DNA from: Lama guanicoe
Taxonomy: Eukaryota
Direction of reading: 5' to 3'
Assembly (NCBI GenBank): GCA_013239625.1
Contig: MU057352.1
Location: 5,276,157 to 5,340,156 of the forward strand
DNA: 64,000 nt
Shown here: piece after piece, positions 11,414 through 25,085 of the stretch
Layout: each line of letters begins with the position of its first letter
Numbering within the stretch: the first letter of the stretch is position 1
The notes under the pieces: model-generated
The model's database searches: none
Told to the model about the DNA's origin: nothing
The model's input: only the letters and a program-made list of their open reading frames with translations
Translations under genes and position numbers: made by a program

Positions 11414-13462
11414 ACTTTGGACAGAGTTGGGGTGAGCAAACTTCACAGGGAGGAGAGACACAGGAAGTCCATGCTTCAGATCCGCCCCCCCCCCACTGCA
11501 TGAAAGCAGAACCCTATTTTTACTTTGTACACACAAATGCGTTGCATTTAGAAGGCACAGGAAACTTTCTGCTGACTAGAGTTCAGGTACACCATTTGTT
11601 CTTCGAGTTTGTTTCATCATTGTCCTTGCACTTTAGTCTCAGAGAACTCTGAAGAACAGTGTTATAGAGGCACATAAGATGTAGTGCTTTCCTGGTGGCA
11701 GTAGGTACAAGAAAACACAGTCCCCCTATATCATCCAAAGCCACAACCTGTCAGAGGAGCCACGTTGGAAACTGTCAGGAGCTAAAAGCCTAGAAGCGAG
11801 GCTGGTGGCCATCTGTGCAGTCACGTGACTCCGGGGTGTCCGGCAGCCCCACACACACCCGGCCCATGAGCCTTGGCCACTTACTCACCTCGTGCTCTGG
11901 AGCAGGTGGTGGAGGATAAACACTTTCAAAGCTGGACTCAGAACTTGGCAGATAGAGTTCAGTTTTCAACCACCTGCAAGCCAGAAAACTCTGGAAACTG
12001 TACTGTTTATAAGGGTCAAACTTCAGTAAGTCTGATAAAGTCTGGCTCCAGGTATCCATCTAGTCTCTTGAAAGAATTGCCCGGAAGCTCATTGCTGACT
12101 AGTTGGATGTTACCAGTGGTGAAGAGCCTCTGCTTAGGGGTGGAATCTGGCAGCTCAGGCAACACCCCACAGCTCTGGATGCAAGTCTGGGCGGGAGCTA
12201 GGAGGCTTGCAGCCAAGAAGATAAGTCCAGGACAGCCCCGTAGGCTATCCAGCCATCTGGCAGGTGGACTTACTCGGGGCCACTGGTGACCCCTGCCATG
12301 ACACTGGACACCAGTAGCGAGACATCTGGGGCCCAATATACTTCTCCTTTCCTTTCTATGGGACTCTGAGAGACGGAAGTGGCTCCTACCCTTCCAGATG
12401 CAACAGTGATCCTGAGTTCATTTGTCCACCTGGATCTTAGATGATGTTTGAATTCGATCCTAACTAGATCTTGCTGTCAGAGTCATGGCTTAAATACTGA
12501 TCCAGTCCTAAATAAAGCAAGCTCTAGGTATAGATGATTACTTCAAGTAAAAGAAGAATTTAGACATGGATACTGCATTTCTTTAGCTGGTTTCACATAG
12601 ATATATACACTGGTCTGTGGGGGAAAGGTTTGTGGAAATTTGACAAGCTGCTGTTGACAGACTCAGATCTTTGGGAGTTCATCTATGTGACCTGGTGAGG
12701 CAATAAGGCTTCCACCATTTTTCCTCATGGAAGAGGTTATTCAGCTTTTGAAGCCCCACAAGTTTTGAGCATTTCTTATTGAAATCTCACTGTCCTTTGG
12801 ATTTTGAAATGCCGTAACCGTGGTGAATGCTCTGTGTGGTCAGCCCTCCCCAAAGTTACCCGGTCCCCATTTCCGCCTGTGCAATATGCTCTTGCCAGAG
12901 CCTGACGCTCTTTGTGATGAGAGGAATTTAATTTACATTAAATTGAATTAAACCACTAATAAGAAAGACTTCATTTTACTTCCTGTTTTTGGAGGGAGAG
13001 AAATCCTCTTCTTTGGTGTAACCATCGTAAGTCTTAACACGATAGAAACGGAGCTTCATTTCCAGACACTGCATGTAAAAGCCATCATCGTTTCAAGGAC
13101 AGAGGCCATATTTAACTTCTCTCTTTCCCTGGCCTTCTAGAAGATAAGATAAATGCCTGTTGAATGGCTGCATGTTCCCAACATCATTTCTAGCTTTCAA
13201 CTTTGCAAAGTACTATTATAACGATAAGTATGAAACATATGGAGTCAAACCCATGGTTTGATAAGTGAAATTAAACATTCTTAATGTTTTATAAGGTTAT
13301 CTAATCTGAGCAATGTCTCACAGGTTTAAAAAAAAAAAACTCCTTTAAAAAATATCTTCCTAAATCATCAGTCCTAGAGGCTCCTGGGAATCCTATAAGA
13401 TCAAGCCACAGTTTGTTGCACTCCGTATTTAAAGCATTTTCTCAGAGGTTACAGGGGTAAGT

Positions 13463-13648
13463 GCAGGGTGTGCTGGAGGTGGCCTATAACACCTCTCAAG
13501 AACAACTGTGCATCTCTTCCCAACTCTTCACTCAACAACCTCAAGTTGGCAGCTTGAAATCAACCCTGGAGGCATATTGACACCAGGAAAACTGGAAAAT
13601 CCTACAAATAAGGGCTTTTTCCACCCCTGAACAGCTGCCACTCCACTG
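13463..13648 (+). mobile_element. MER63-like hAT-Blackjack element
   Basis: gtgtgctggag...gcatctcttcccaactc...gttggcagcttgaaatc...ctacaaataagggcttttt...ccactg. Confidence 0.75.
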
Positions 13649-13774
13649 AATAATTGTTCAAATATAAAATTGCAGGCTGTGTTCCCTACGTCATGATATT
13701 TTTTAAACTATTTTTTTCATTGAAAAAAGAAATATATGCATGTAGCTGTTAAAGTACAGAAGAAACTTTTGTTA

Positions 13775-14200
13775 AAAAGAGACCTACAAGAATAGTGGTT
13801 TAAATTAGACAGAGATTTGTTTTTCTTTCAGATAAAGGTCCAGAAGTAGGCTGCCCAGAGTTGGTAAGGCAGCTCTCTTATTCTCAATATATTGATTCTG
13901 TCCCTGGGTCTAAGATGGCTGCTCCAGCTCCTACCATCATGTCTGCATCCCAGTAGTCCAGAATGGAGAAAAGGCAAGGGCAACCTTTATCCATTCCTTT
14001 TAAGGGCATGGCCCAGAATTTGTACATGTTCCTTCTGTCCTCACTCCACTGGCTAGAACTTAGTCACATGGCCATACCTAGTACAGGGAAGACTGGGAAA
14101 TGTAATTTCTAGTTGGGCTCCCACAGGCCCAGCTAAACTCAGAATTTCTATAACTAAGGGAAGAAAAGAATAGATATTGGGGGCTAGCTAGCAATCTCAG
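13775..14200 (-). mobile_element. MLT1 (J/K/L-like) LTR
   Basis: aagatggctgctccagctcctaccatcatgtctgcat; ctggctagaacttagtcacatggccatacctag...ctgggaaatgtaat. Confidence 0.8.
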
Positions 14201-14359
14201 TCTCTATGGTATGAAAAATTCAAGTGATGTTAAAGGACAAGCAATGAAAGTTGGTGTCCCTCCTTCGCATTCTAGTCTCTAGCCCTCTTCCCTAGATGGA
14301 GTTTCAGAAGCTTTCTATGCATGCGATCACAAAGGCGTATTTGTTCTCTCTTGGAAGGC

Positions 14360-14560
14360 CATCTAGCCCCAAAGGTTAAAGTGGGGACTCGGGTGTCAGC
14401 TGTGTAAACTTGGGCAATGTACTTACCTTCTGTTCTACAGTTTCTCCACATACAATACGGAGATAATGATAGTACCTACCTTTCTGGGTTCTTGTGAGAA
14501 CCAAACATGATCATATACTTAGTGCTTTGATGAGTCCCTGGCACATAGTAAGTGCTGAAA
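14360..14560 (+). mobile_element. MIR SINE
   Basis: agctgtgtaaacttgggcaa...gataatgatagtacctacc...cctggcacatagtaagtgct. Confidence 0.75.
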
Positions 14561-14812
14561 TACAGCTGTTGCTATAACTATACTTTTATCAATTTAATAG
14601 CATGGAATGTTTATTAGTTTTAAAATAATAGCAGTGATTTTATTCCTCGCAACTTTATGATCTCCTTGGCACTTTTGCTCAGAAAAGCTCTCTGCTCTCA
14701 TGAGAGAGAAAATGGGTGGGTTCTTGATTTAGAAGACCTGCATTTGAACCCCGTTTGAAATCCACTGGGTTTGATTAGTATTTGAATTAATCACTTAAAC
14801 TCTCTACGCCTG

Positions 14813-15937
14813 AATAGAAATAAAAGCAAAAATAAATGGGACCTAATTAAACTTAAAGCTTTTGCACAGAAAAGGAAATCATAAACAAAATGAAAAGACA
14901 ACCTATGCATTTCAACCTATGGAATGGGAGAAAATATTTGCAAATGATGTGACTGACAAGGGCTTAATTTCCAGAATATACAAACAACTCATACAATTCA
15001 ATAACAAAAAACCAAACAACCCAATCCNNNNNNNNNNNNNNNNNNNNNNNNNNNNNNNNNNNNNNNNNNNNNNNNNNNNNNNNNNNNNNNNNNNNNNNNN
15101 NNNNNNNNNNNNNNNNNNNNNNNNNNNNNNNNNNNNNNNNNNNNNNNNNNNNNNNNNNNNNNNNNNNNNNNNNNNNNNNATCATTAAAATGTCCACAAAT
15201 GATAAATGTNNNNNNNNNNNNNNNNNNNNNNNNNNNNNNNNNNNNNNNNNNNNNNNNNNNNNNNNNNNNNNNNNNNNNNNNNNNNNNNNNNNNNNNNNNN
15301 NNNNNNNNNNNNNNNNNNNNNNNNNNNNNNNNNNNNNNNNNNNNNNNNNNNNNNNNNNNNNNNNAAAACTCTAATTTGAAAAGATACATGCACCCCAGTG
15401 TTCNNNNNNNNNNNNNNNNNNNNNNNNNNNNNNNNNNNNNNNNNNNNNNNNNNNNNNNNNNNNNNNNNNNNNNNNNNNNNNNNNNNNNNNNNNNNNNNNN
15501 NNNNNNNNNNNNNNNNNNNNNNNNNNNNNNNNNNNNNNNNNNNNNNNGTACAATAATGAAGTCAGTCAGACAAAGACAAATATCATATATGATTTATATG
15601 TGAAATCTAAAATACAGTACAGATGAACTTATTTATCAAACAGAAACAGACTCATAAACATAGAAAACAAACTTATGGTTATCAAAGGGGAAGGAGCGGG
15701 GAGGGATAAATTAAGAGTTTAGGATTACCAGATACAAACTACTATATATAAAATAGCTAAACAACAAGGTCTTACTGTATAGTGCAGGGGACTATATTTA
15801 ATATCCTGTAATAATCCATAATGGAAAAGAATATGAAAAAGACTATATATATGTATAACTGAATCAGTTTGCTGTACACCAGATACTAACACAACATTGT
15901 AAATCAACTATACTTCAATTAAAAATAAATAAATAAA
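14813..15937 (+). mobile_element. 5'-truncated cetartiodactyl-type L1, inserted in a MIR (flanks ~14720-14812 and ~15940-16040)
   Basis: ORF 14862-15374 gives EWEKIFANDVTDKGLISRIYKQL. 3' UTR cagaaacagactcata...gctgtacaccag...ttcaattaaaaataaa. Three N runs inside. Confidence 0.95.
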
Positions 15938-17349
15938 CTTTTCAAGCTGGAATTTTCTAATTTTTAAAATAGGAAAAATATATATATCTCCCATACGGTT
16001 GCTATGAGGATCAAATAAGACCATGTACGTGGAAATGGGTCATAACTATTAATCGCTGCATAGGTGTCACTACTATTCCATATCAGATGCGAGTTGGGAA
16101 GGATTTTAGAGGTCATGGTTTGTTTAAAGGTCATCTGGTTTGTTTAGAGGTCATCTGGTTCACTAGCTGTTTGGTCACGATAGTAGGGTGGACCTTTCAG
16201 AGCACCTGCTCGGCCCCCCCACAGAGGCAGGTTGCCACCACCTTCTGCACAGATGCCTCAGGAATACCTCTTGAATTAGTTCTTTTCTGTCTCCCTCCAC
16301 CGCCACCGCCCCAGGCCAGGCCAAGTCAACCTCACTTCTCCCCGGGCCCACTGTAACGGCCTCTCAGGTGGCCTCCCTCCTTCAGATTCTGCCCCCTGCC
16401 TTTAGTCCCTTCTTCATACAACTGTCAGAGTCATCCTTTAAAAAATCAAACCAAAGACCTGACAGCGTGTGACCCCTCTGCTTGAGGACAACATTGAATG
16501 GATTTCCATTTTAGTAACATGGTGGGGTAGGCTCTGAAATAACACTCCGTGTACCACACCTACTCTAAAAATCTTAAATGTATCAAAGACCTGGCAGGAT
16601 ATACTACATTGTCAGAAGGGCCCAAATCCAAGTAAAACTGGAAACCCAGAGAGATAAACAGAGGACGGGAACCACTTTTTTTCTGAGGAGATGCACCATA
16701 ACTGATGAACTTCATAAAGAACATTATTATCTAGGAATGCTATTCAACATGACATCAACAAAGCCCAACCTAGGGCAGACCTGGCCTGCAGACAGCAAGG
16801 AGGCGGGGAAAGACGTGGTGGTGGCTGGTCTTCCCCAAAGGGCCTAAGCCTGTGTTTTGATAGTGACTCTTGGAGACTTGCCCAAACCCCTCACCCCATG
16901 CCTACTACTTAAGGGGGTTTTGCTCAACAGGTGAGAGAGTTACAGCAGAGACGTTACAGTTATTTGGCTTCTAAGTGTTTTCGAATTCTCAGGCTTGCTT
17001 TTCCCCTCCATGGTGTCTGAGTCACTTCTCTGCTTTTAGGCCTGTGCCCAGTGCCTAATAGCTCGTAATTCCCCCTCACTTTTCAGAAAGGGCAAATCTA
17101 GTCTATAGGGCACATCCTGGCTGCCTGGGCTCCCTTACCAGGGGCTGGATGGTGGCAGAGAGGCGGGATATCCAGGTAGGCAGCATCTGTGTTGACTGAA
17201 AGGCCCTGGGCTCTTAAAGTGGAAGGATCAGTGTTTCAGTCTTTCTGTATCTCAGCTGAATAGAGGCGTGACAAGTTTCTGGACAAAACAAAAGGACAAA
17301 AATCCAAGAGGGAAACAGAGAAGGTCTGGGAGGCACATAGTAAAATTAG

Positions 17350-17610
17350 ACAGCAGGAGCACGGACTTCAGGATAAAAAAGGCCTAAGCCTGAATCCTGG
17401 CTCTGCCACTTTGTAACTGTGTGACCTTTGCCAAATTATTTAAACTCCAATTCCTACATCTGTAAAAAAGGGATGATACTAGGGTGAACAATATGAAATT
17501 GCTTTTGTGTGAGTCAAACGGTCAAATGTTATCCATTTCAACCTAATGTGGAACCTACCTCATAGAGTTTCTGAGGGTGAAATGAGACAATTTATGAAAG
17601 GGCACAGCAC
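17350..17610 (+). mobile_element. MIR interrupted by MADE2 (17477-17547)
   Basis: tgaatcctggctctgccact...catctgtaaaaaagggatga | tactagggtgaacaatatgaaattgc...ttcaacctaat | acctacctcatagagtt. Confidence 0.8.
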
Positions 17611-18214
17611 AATTTTTAAGGAGTATTTGGGTAAAAATCTGAAGGAAGTAGGTAAGCAAGCTAGGAATGATAAGTGGAAAGTCTCTGAAGCAGGAGCATG
17701 CTTGAGGGTATCCTTGGCAGAGCAAAGGAACCAGTTGGTGGAGGCTTTGAGGGAGGGGGAGGGGGTGGGAGGTGGTCCAGGGAGGCGGTTGGGGTTTTAG
17801 CTCACACGGAGCCCTGGGGGCCGTTGTGAGGGGTGCATGAGTGTGAATCGTAATGATGAAATCAAACTTTAATATTTATTGTGAATTAGGTTCTGGATAT
17901 TTATGTCGTACAAAGTAAGTACTCAATAAACAGAAGTCAAAGAAGCTGAGGATGCAGCTGGTAATAAAAGTGAGTGAGACAAGGAGAAGAAGGAGCAGTA
18001 ACTCCTAGGTTGGCTGCACAGACGGGGACTTTCTGGGGGAAAGAGCAGCATATTGAGCTCCCAGGCGCTGTAAGTGAGGACCCTCGGCCCACAGGCACAG
18101 AGATGTTTGCTCTGAGCCCGGGATGAAGAAGTATGTCCCGGTGCTCATCTTGCACTGAGGGCAGGCCAGGAAGTTGGCTGTAGGTGATGTAAAGGCGGTC
18201 AGTTAAGAGAGTAA

Positions 18215-18425
18215 TTTAGCATAGTTAGCAGTTAAGCACACAGGCTCTGGATTCAGCTCTACCAGTTATTAGTTATGTGACACTGGCAGGTTCCTTCACC
18301 ACTCTGAGCCTTGGTTTCCTCTTCCATAAAATGGGGATAGTGGTATTACCTACCTCACAGAGTTGCACAAAGTTTAAATGAGACAACTCAAGCAAAGCAC
18401 ACAGTAAGCACTCAGTAAATTATCA
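18215..18425 (+). mobile_element. MIR SINE
   Basis: ctctgagccttggtttcctcttccataaaatggggatag...acctacctcacagagttg. Confidence 0.85.
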
Positions 18426-19079
18426 TCATCCCTGGGCCAAGTGTATGGGATACTGGTAAAGGATTTCCAAAGAAAAGCCCACTAACCACTCCATATTGTT
18501 AGGGACTTGTGTGAGGACACTAATTTTATGTCAGAAGAAACCTGACAAGCATGTCCAAGGCTCAGGAAATCCTGGACAGGAAACGGAAGGCCTTGAGAAC
18601 CTGCCACGTCAATTGTTGGGATTTGGGGAGAGAAAAGAGATGTGAGGAGTATGCATATAGAGATAAATATAGACTATTTTGCAAAATAGGATTTAGTGTT
18701 TTGGACCATGATGAATAAAGAAGAACCAACATCTCCTGGCTTGAGACAGAACATTCGAGGGAGAGGGTGTGGTGTGTACAGAAATATCCTGTGTGTCATG
18801 CCCTGTGCATGCCCTCATTTAAACCCCACAGGAGCTCTGCTGCTGAGTGTAAAATGTCTACTCACCCCATAAGGAAAGTCAGGCTTAAAGAGGGAGAGCT
18901 GAGACGTGAAATCAGTCTGACCGAAGCCAACATTCCTGCTTTTAAGTTGCAACCATAGAAGACAGTAGTGAGGTTTTTAAGACATCATCACTGGCAAGAG
19001 GATCAGAATAATACTTATGGCCTTAGATTTATATGAATAATAAAGAGGTCTCAACTCTGATCTCTAGGAGTTAAGATTC

Positions 19080-19291
19080 TTTTTTTTTTTTAAATTTCAG
19101 TGTAGTTGATTTACAATGTTAGTTTCAGGTGTACAGCAAAGCAACCCAGCTATACATATATATACATAATTTTTTTTCAGATTCTCTTCCATTATATGTT
19201 ACCACAAAAATTAAATGTATTTCCCTATGCTATACAGTAGGTCCTTGTTATTCATCTATTTTATGTATAGTAATATGTATCTTAATCCCAT
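19080..19291 (-). mobile_element. Short L1 3' fragment with TSD
   Basis: Poly(T) then tagttgatttacaatgttagtttcaggtgtacagc...tatacagtaggtcctt. TSD ggagttaagatt at 19067-19078 and 19292-19303. Confidence 0.93.
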
Positions 19292-19294
19292 GGA

Positions 19295-19640
19295 GTTAAG
19301 ATTTTTTTAGTTACAAGAAACAAAAATCAATTAGAGCCAGCTTAAATAAACAGATAGATAAAATAATATTATTATTTTTGGTAGGGGAGGATCCCAGGAA
19401 AAGCTGACCAACCAAACTTCAGAAGGAACAGAAATTGGGGATCCAAGTAACAGGAGTTTATTATGGCTTTTCTAGAGAATGACCACTTATGTAATTCAGC
19501 TACAACTCCTAGAGTCTGGATCTCTTCGTTCAAAATTCCAAATATCTAAGAAAGGGAACCTAACTTGCCCAGCTCAGGCCAGGTTCCAGCCGGACAGTGG
19601 GGTAGGACCTAAAGTATGAACATGGCTGCTGAGGATCCAC
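19295..19640 (-). mobile_element. Old MLT1 LTR
   Basis: tagttacaagaaacaaaaatcaattagagccagcttaaataaa; ttgcccagctcaggccagg. Confidence 0.5.
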
Positions 19641-19727
19641 CTGTGCCTCAGAAGAAAGGGAAGCAGTTGGAGGGGTCCAAGGCACTGTAGGTTTCATCAA
19701 GATTCACAAAAGAGATCAGGGCAATGG

Positions 19728-19751
19728 AATAATAATAATAATAATAATAAT
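19728..19751. repeat. (AAT)8 microsatellite
   Basis: Direct reading. Confidence 0.95.
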
Positions 19752-20462
19752 ATTTTATATTATATGAACTTAGTAAGAGCAATTCAGATATAACACAGGT
19801 CATCCAGGGGACATTGTCTAAGGTCAAACTGTGGATCTAGGTGGTAATTCAGGGAGGCCAGGTAGTAATTGTATGGTTTGGTGACTCTACCTGTGGTGGC
19901 AGTGGAGGAACCCATGTCTGGGGATCCTATCTGAAATTTTACTTTCTAAATTACAAAGGGATTATGGAAGTTACCTTACAGGAAAATTAGAAAGAGGAGG
20001 AAAATATTGCCCATAATCCCATTACCTTAATTCCATCGTTCTCTTCTCACTTTAGTTGCCATCACAATGTTCATACAAATTTTTAACCTACTTTTTTCAC
20101 TGTCATGAGCATTTTTAAGCTTCTCAGAGTCTTCACAACCATGATCTTTAAAAGTAACATAACAAGAATGTCCTTTGTATAAAATTAACTAGACTTGGCA
20201 TAAATAGAGGTAAAGTGGACATTTTTGTCAAGAAAATACTGACCTGTATGAAAAAATTCCTAAACCTGATGCCAGCTGTCAACCCACCTGCTTTCTAATA
20301 TCACTTATTCCTGAATTCTTTTTGGCCATGCTCTTCCTGTCTGTACTACTGCGGGATTTCAGTGCTGTTGCTTCCAGGAAGGAGTTTGCAAAGCAGAAAA
20401 GGCAAATCTGGTTGGGCAGGTGTGAGGTGATTAGTCCATGCTGATGGTCTGGTCATCTAGAG

Positions 20463-20685
20463 GGGTGACTCTCAACTAAGGGCAGTTCCCACCACCCACC
20501 TACCCACCCAGCGGACATCTGGCAATGTCTGGAGACATTTTTGTTGCCACAACTCGGGGAGGGATATCGCTGGCATCTAGGAGGTAAAAGCCAGAGATGC
20601 TACTAAACATTCTACAGTGCACAGGACAGCCCCACAACAATTATCCCCACCAAAACATGAGTAATGCCAGGGCTGAGAAACTCTG
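20463..20685 (+). mobile_element. MER20
   Basis: ggacatctggcaatgtctggagacatttttg...gatgctactaaacattctacagtgcacaggacagcccc...gctgagaaactctg. Confidence 0.9.
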
Positions 20686-23157
20686 ATTTAAATTGCACTG
20701 GAATTTCTTTTAAAATGTGTGTGGATGAACACTCCGTAAGTGTTAGATTTTCTGCCCTTGTTTGACTGGGAAGCATTCTGGGATTTTTGCTAAAGGGGGG
20801 TGGGGATGAATTATAATGGGTTTGCAAGATACTTGAAATATAGCACGGGGCAGGAAAATGCAGAGGCTAAAGGTAGACTCAGGTTTGAAAGAATCAAGTT
20901 GAAATCCCGGCTCACTAAGTAAACCCTCCAGGGCCTGCAAATGGGATGATAATGCCTGCCTCCCGGTGCTAAAATGAGTGCTGGCCTGTAGTGGGTACGG
21001 AAGAAATGGGGGTGGGGTGGTGGTGATCACTGTGCTGAAGCTCAGGTTCACCGTGTTTACCACTTCTCCAGTCTCTACATTACAACTGCATCCTGTACTT
21101 TCTTGTTGTAGGAAAAACCGATTTTTAACTTATTTTTATGATCTGGGCTTTGGAGACAATGTATACAAGATACATGATCCATACACATTTTACAGGAAGA
21201 ACTTCTTAGGTGGGAGTTGTCTAGTTGAAATCTCTAATATATTTTCCCTGGTGTTTTGGGTTTTTTCCTTATGAATAATTTATTGTGGTGGTTTTTCTTG
21301 TTAATTTGGAAAATACCTGTTTTCTGACATTCTTCGTTAAGTTCTTTTTATCTACTGAAAATTTAAGAGTGCGCCAAGCTGAAAGTTATTAGGTATCTAA
21401 ACAAAATTATCGCCCAGACAGGCAACTCAAGTCCCCAGTGCCGTGAAAGGAGCTCTCTCGTTCCCATCCTGAGCTAAATGTCTGGTTCTCAGAAAGCATC
21501 TGTAAGAGACCCCGGTGGACATTGGGGTCTGTAAGCACTCTGTTATCTGCGGTTTGTCTTTGTGTGTTTGAGAACATTTGAGGAACATCAAACATCCCTC
21601 TTGAAAGGCACCCTGGGCTTCCTGACTGCCTGAGGAGATGGGGGGAGGGGGGACGGAGGCAGCCACACCTGGCACAGCCCAGTGCGGGCCCGTTCTGGAG
21701 GCTGAAATGGGCCCAAGGAACAGGTAGGGGGTGGAGCTTCAGAGAAAAAAGAGAAGAATCCACAATATGAGAAGTGCTCCAGACAAAAGACGAGCCCCTG
21801 TTCTGGTGGAGGAACATGAGGCCAAAGAGAGCAGGGTTCTGAGGAAGGAGTATGCTGTCTGGTCTTTGCCAGGACGCGGAGCCCACGCAGGGTGTCCACG
21901 CGGGGTGTGGGCAGCCTTCCAGGCCGGTATGCTCCCGTTCCTGCTGCTCCTTTCACCCATCTCAGCACTGCCGTGAGGTCGGCCACCCCCTGTTTCTATG
22001 AGATCCTGGGTGCCTGGTGCCCCCTGGGAGCACTCCATGGGAAAGGCCATCTTTTCTTCTTCACACGGTCCGTGCTTGACTCTCAGTGCTGTGGCCTCTG
22101 GGGCGGTTTGGAGCCTGTGCTGAGGGCTGAGGAGCAGAGATATGTGGTCTGTGTTCACGGCTTGCATACGGCATGTCAGGGTTTCTTGTGAGCCATTTCT
22201 CTCCCCAAACCGCATGGGAGCTGCAAAGCTAATGGATATGCACCACTTAATTTGGCCTCTATAAATTGTATAGGAGACGACAAGGGAGAGGGCTAGAATA
22301 GAAAACACAATGTGTGGGAATGTAGACGTTGGGAAAGTGGGAAAATCAGGGGTTGAAACAAAGGACCAAAATGAAGCGAATGGTGGAAGAAAGATCATGT
22401 GTCTGCACCCAGCCTTGGAGGACGGGGACAAGGTCAGAGCCAGAGAGTACTGGAATGCGTCCCTGAGATGTAGCCGAGGCAGCTGAGGGAACCAGGCTGA
22501 GGATCCAGCTAGGACTTGCTCTGGGCCACCTGAAGCCCTAAAATTTCATACCCAACAGGGTGGTTGGTCTGCATGGCGGCATCTTGCCAGAATCCCTTCA
22601 GGTTGTTGGTGGATCTGTGTGCTGTCTGTCTGTGATTTTCTGAAAGGAAGGCACAGAGCCCACTGCAGGCAGCTGGATGGAGAAGCCTGGACCCTGGAAA
22701 AGAGCTGGGTTTCTAGCCAGGGAGCCACATGTGGGCAGATGGTCTGGTGGGTCTGGACTGAGATCAGGGCCTCCGATGTCCTCTGATAAACAAGTGAGAG
22801 GCCTGAGAGAAAGAGGATCCAGAAAGAGCCAGAAAGGTGGGGAATAAAACAAGAAAGAGTGTTTTAGAACAACAAGAGAAATGGGAATTTCATAAAGAGG
22901 AAGTGAGGAACAGATCTGGCCAGGTAAGACAGAGCCCAAAAGTGTCTGCTGAATATTGGAAACTGTGAGGTGGTGGGGTCCTTGGTAGGAGCTGTTCCTA
23001 CGCTGATGTGGCCAAAAACCAGGTGGAGTGGGCAGAGGACAGGTGCAAGGAGTTGTCGCGAGAGCAAGTACCAACTGCTCTTTCAGAAGCTCTGCTTTGA
23101 AAGGTGGGCTAGCCCACTTGTGGGGAGCTGGATACCGAGTCAGGAAGGTTGTTTCCT

Positions 23158-23893
23158 GCCTACATTGTTGGTGGGAATGTAAATCAGTGCAACCACTATG
23201 AATAACAGTATGGGTGGAAGTTCCTTAAAAAAAAAAACTTAAAGTTACCATATGACCCAGCAATCTCACTCCTGGAATATATCTGGGAAAGATGAAAACT
23301 CTAATTTGAAAAGATACATGCACCCCAGTGTTCATAGCAGCACTATTTACAGTAGCTAAGACATGGAAGCCACCCAACCCAGTTGCCCATCAACAGATGA
23401 CTGGATAAAGATGTGGTACATATACACATGTACACACACTTGAATGCTACTCAGCCATAAAAAAGAATGAAATTTTGCCATTTGCAGCAACATGGACGGA
23501 CCTAGAGATTACCATGCTAAGTGAAGTAAGTCAGAAAGAGAAAGACAAACATGTGATATCACTCATATGTAGAACCTAAAAAAAATGATACAAATGAATT
23601 TATTTTCAGAGCAGAAACAGACTCACAGACATAGAAAACAAATTTATGGTTACCAAGGGGGAAAGTTGTGGGAGGGATAAAGTAAGAGTTTGGGATTAGC
23701 AGATACACACGATTATATATAAAATAGATAAACAACAAGGTCCTACTGGATCGCACAGGGAACTATATTCAATATCTTGTAATAACCTATAATGAAAAAG
23801 AATTTGAAAAAGATTATATATATGTATAACTGAATCACTTTGCTGTACACTGGAAACTAACATTGTAAATCAACTATACTTCAGTTGAAAAAA
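23158..23893 (+). mobile_element. 5'-truncated L1 (ORF2 end and 3' UTR)
   Basis: cattgttggtgggaatgtaaat; tgccatttgcagcaacatgga; cagactcacagacatagaaaacaaa; A-tail. Confidence 0.95.
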
Positions 23894-24544
23894 GAGAGTT
23901 ATGTTTCCTTGTGTTGTTGAGTGTGGTGACATGCTGGTAGAAAGAGGAAAGGACACGGGATCAAGGTTCAGGAAAGAGCGTGGAGACGGAGCAGTTCTGG
24001 GTGCCTGGTTCTCAAGACAGGGAGGGAGGGAGGGAAGACGGTGCAGCTTGTTTATTACACAGAGGCTGATGGCTGAGGTCATGCCCAGTCAACTCTGCTT
24101 TCCCCAGGAAGTAGAAGCGTGGTCATCTGCTAAGGGAGAGTGGGCCAGGGATAGGCTGGTTTGTGGAGGGGAACGGGGCAGAGCTGACAGGAGCAACAAT
24201 GTAGTGGGGAGGCCCACACATTTGTCACAGCACCAGTCACCCGACTTGGGGGTTTCTCTCCAGCAGTGAGACTGCCATGGACGCCCCACTTGACCAGCCA
24301 GATTCCTCCTGTCCAGCATTGCCAGGTCCCGGCCCTTCCTGCCTCCCCACCGCCTCTTTAGGAGCCAGCACCAGGCCGAGTAGGGTGTGTGTGCTTTACA
24401 CCAGCCCTGTGTATACGTCATTGCCTGAGATGTGTTCAGTCTCATGTGAAAGTTCTCGTTATGTTGATTCAAAACCTGCTTCCCAGATAGTCTATGTTTT
24501 GGGGTCCTAATAACTTCCACTAAACTGTTCTTATTCTGCCTTCC

Positions 24545-24750
24545 AAAGTCAGACCAATCTAGGTTTGAATCCCATTTCTTCTGCCTCTTGCTAATTGTAT
24601 ATCCTTGAGCAGGATTTTACCTAACTGTTCTCTTGTCTCAATTTTTTCAGCTATACAATCAGATTAACAGTACTGTCTCAGAGGGTTGTTGAAAGATTGA
24701 ATGAGAAAGCATTTGGCACAGTGTCTGGCATGTGGTGTGAAATGAATAAA
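24545..24750 (+). mobile_element. MIR SINE
   Basis: aagtcagaccaatctaggtttgaatccc...gggttgttgaaagattgaatgaga. Confidence 0.75.
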
Positions 24751-24814
24751 TGATCACCATAATAGCAAAAGATTAGTGACCGTGCTTCATGTCAATCAAT
24801 GTTAATAATAATTA

Positions 24815-25085
24815 TAGAGTTCTTCAAATATTTAAAGTCAGCTGTGTTTCCAATAAACTCTTTTTTCCAACTTAAAGATCCTCAGTTCTTTTAACATTTT
24901 CTCCTGGGGAAAGGTTCAAACAGCAGCTCTGTCTCGGGGGTAGTGAATCCTGTGTCCCTGAAGGAATTCAAGCAGAACATAAAGGGTCACTTGGCAGTGA
25001 TGTTGTAGAGGGACCTAAACTTCTGATTGAGGCTTAAGCTGAAAAACTGTAGGTGTCCATTCCAACCCTATGTCTTTCCAACCTT
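24815..25085. mobile_element. L3/CR1 fragments
   Basis: ggtagtgaatcctgtgtccctgaaggaattcaagcaga...gtccattccaaccct. Confidence 0.6.

Noticed and set aside
21739-22431. 230-aa minus-strand ORF with a hydrophobic stretch
   Set aside because: The hydrophobic run comes from the antisense of purine-rich DNA; no family motif.
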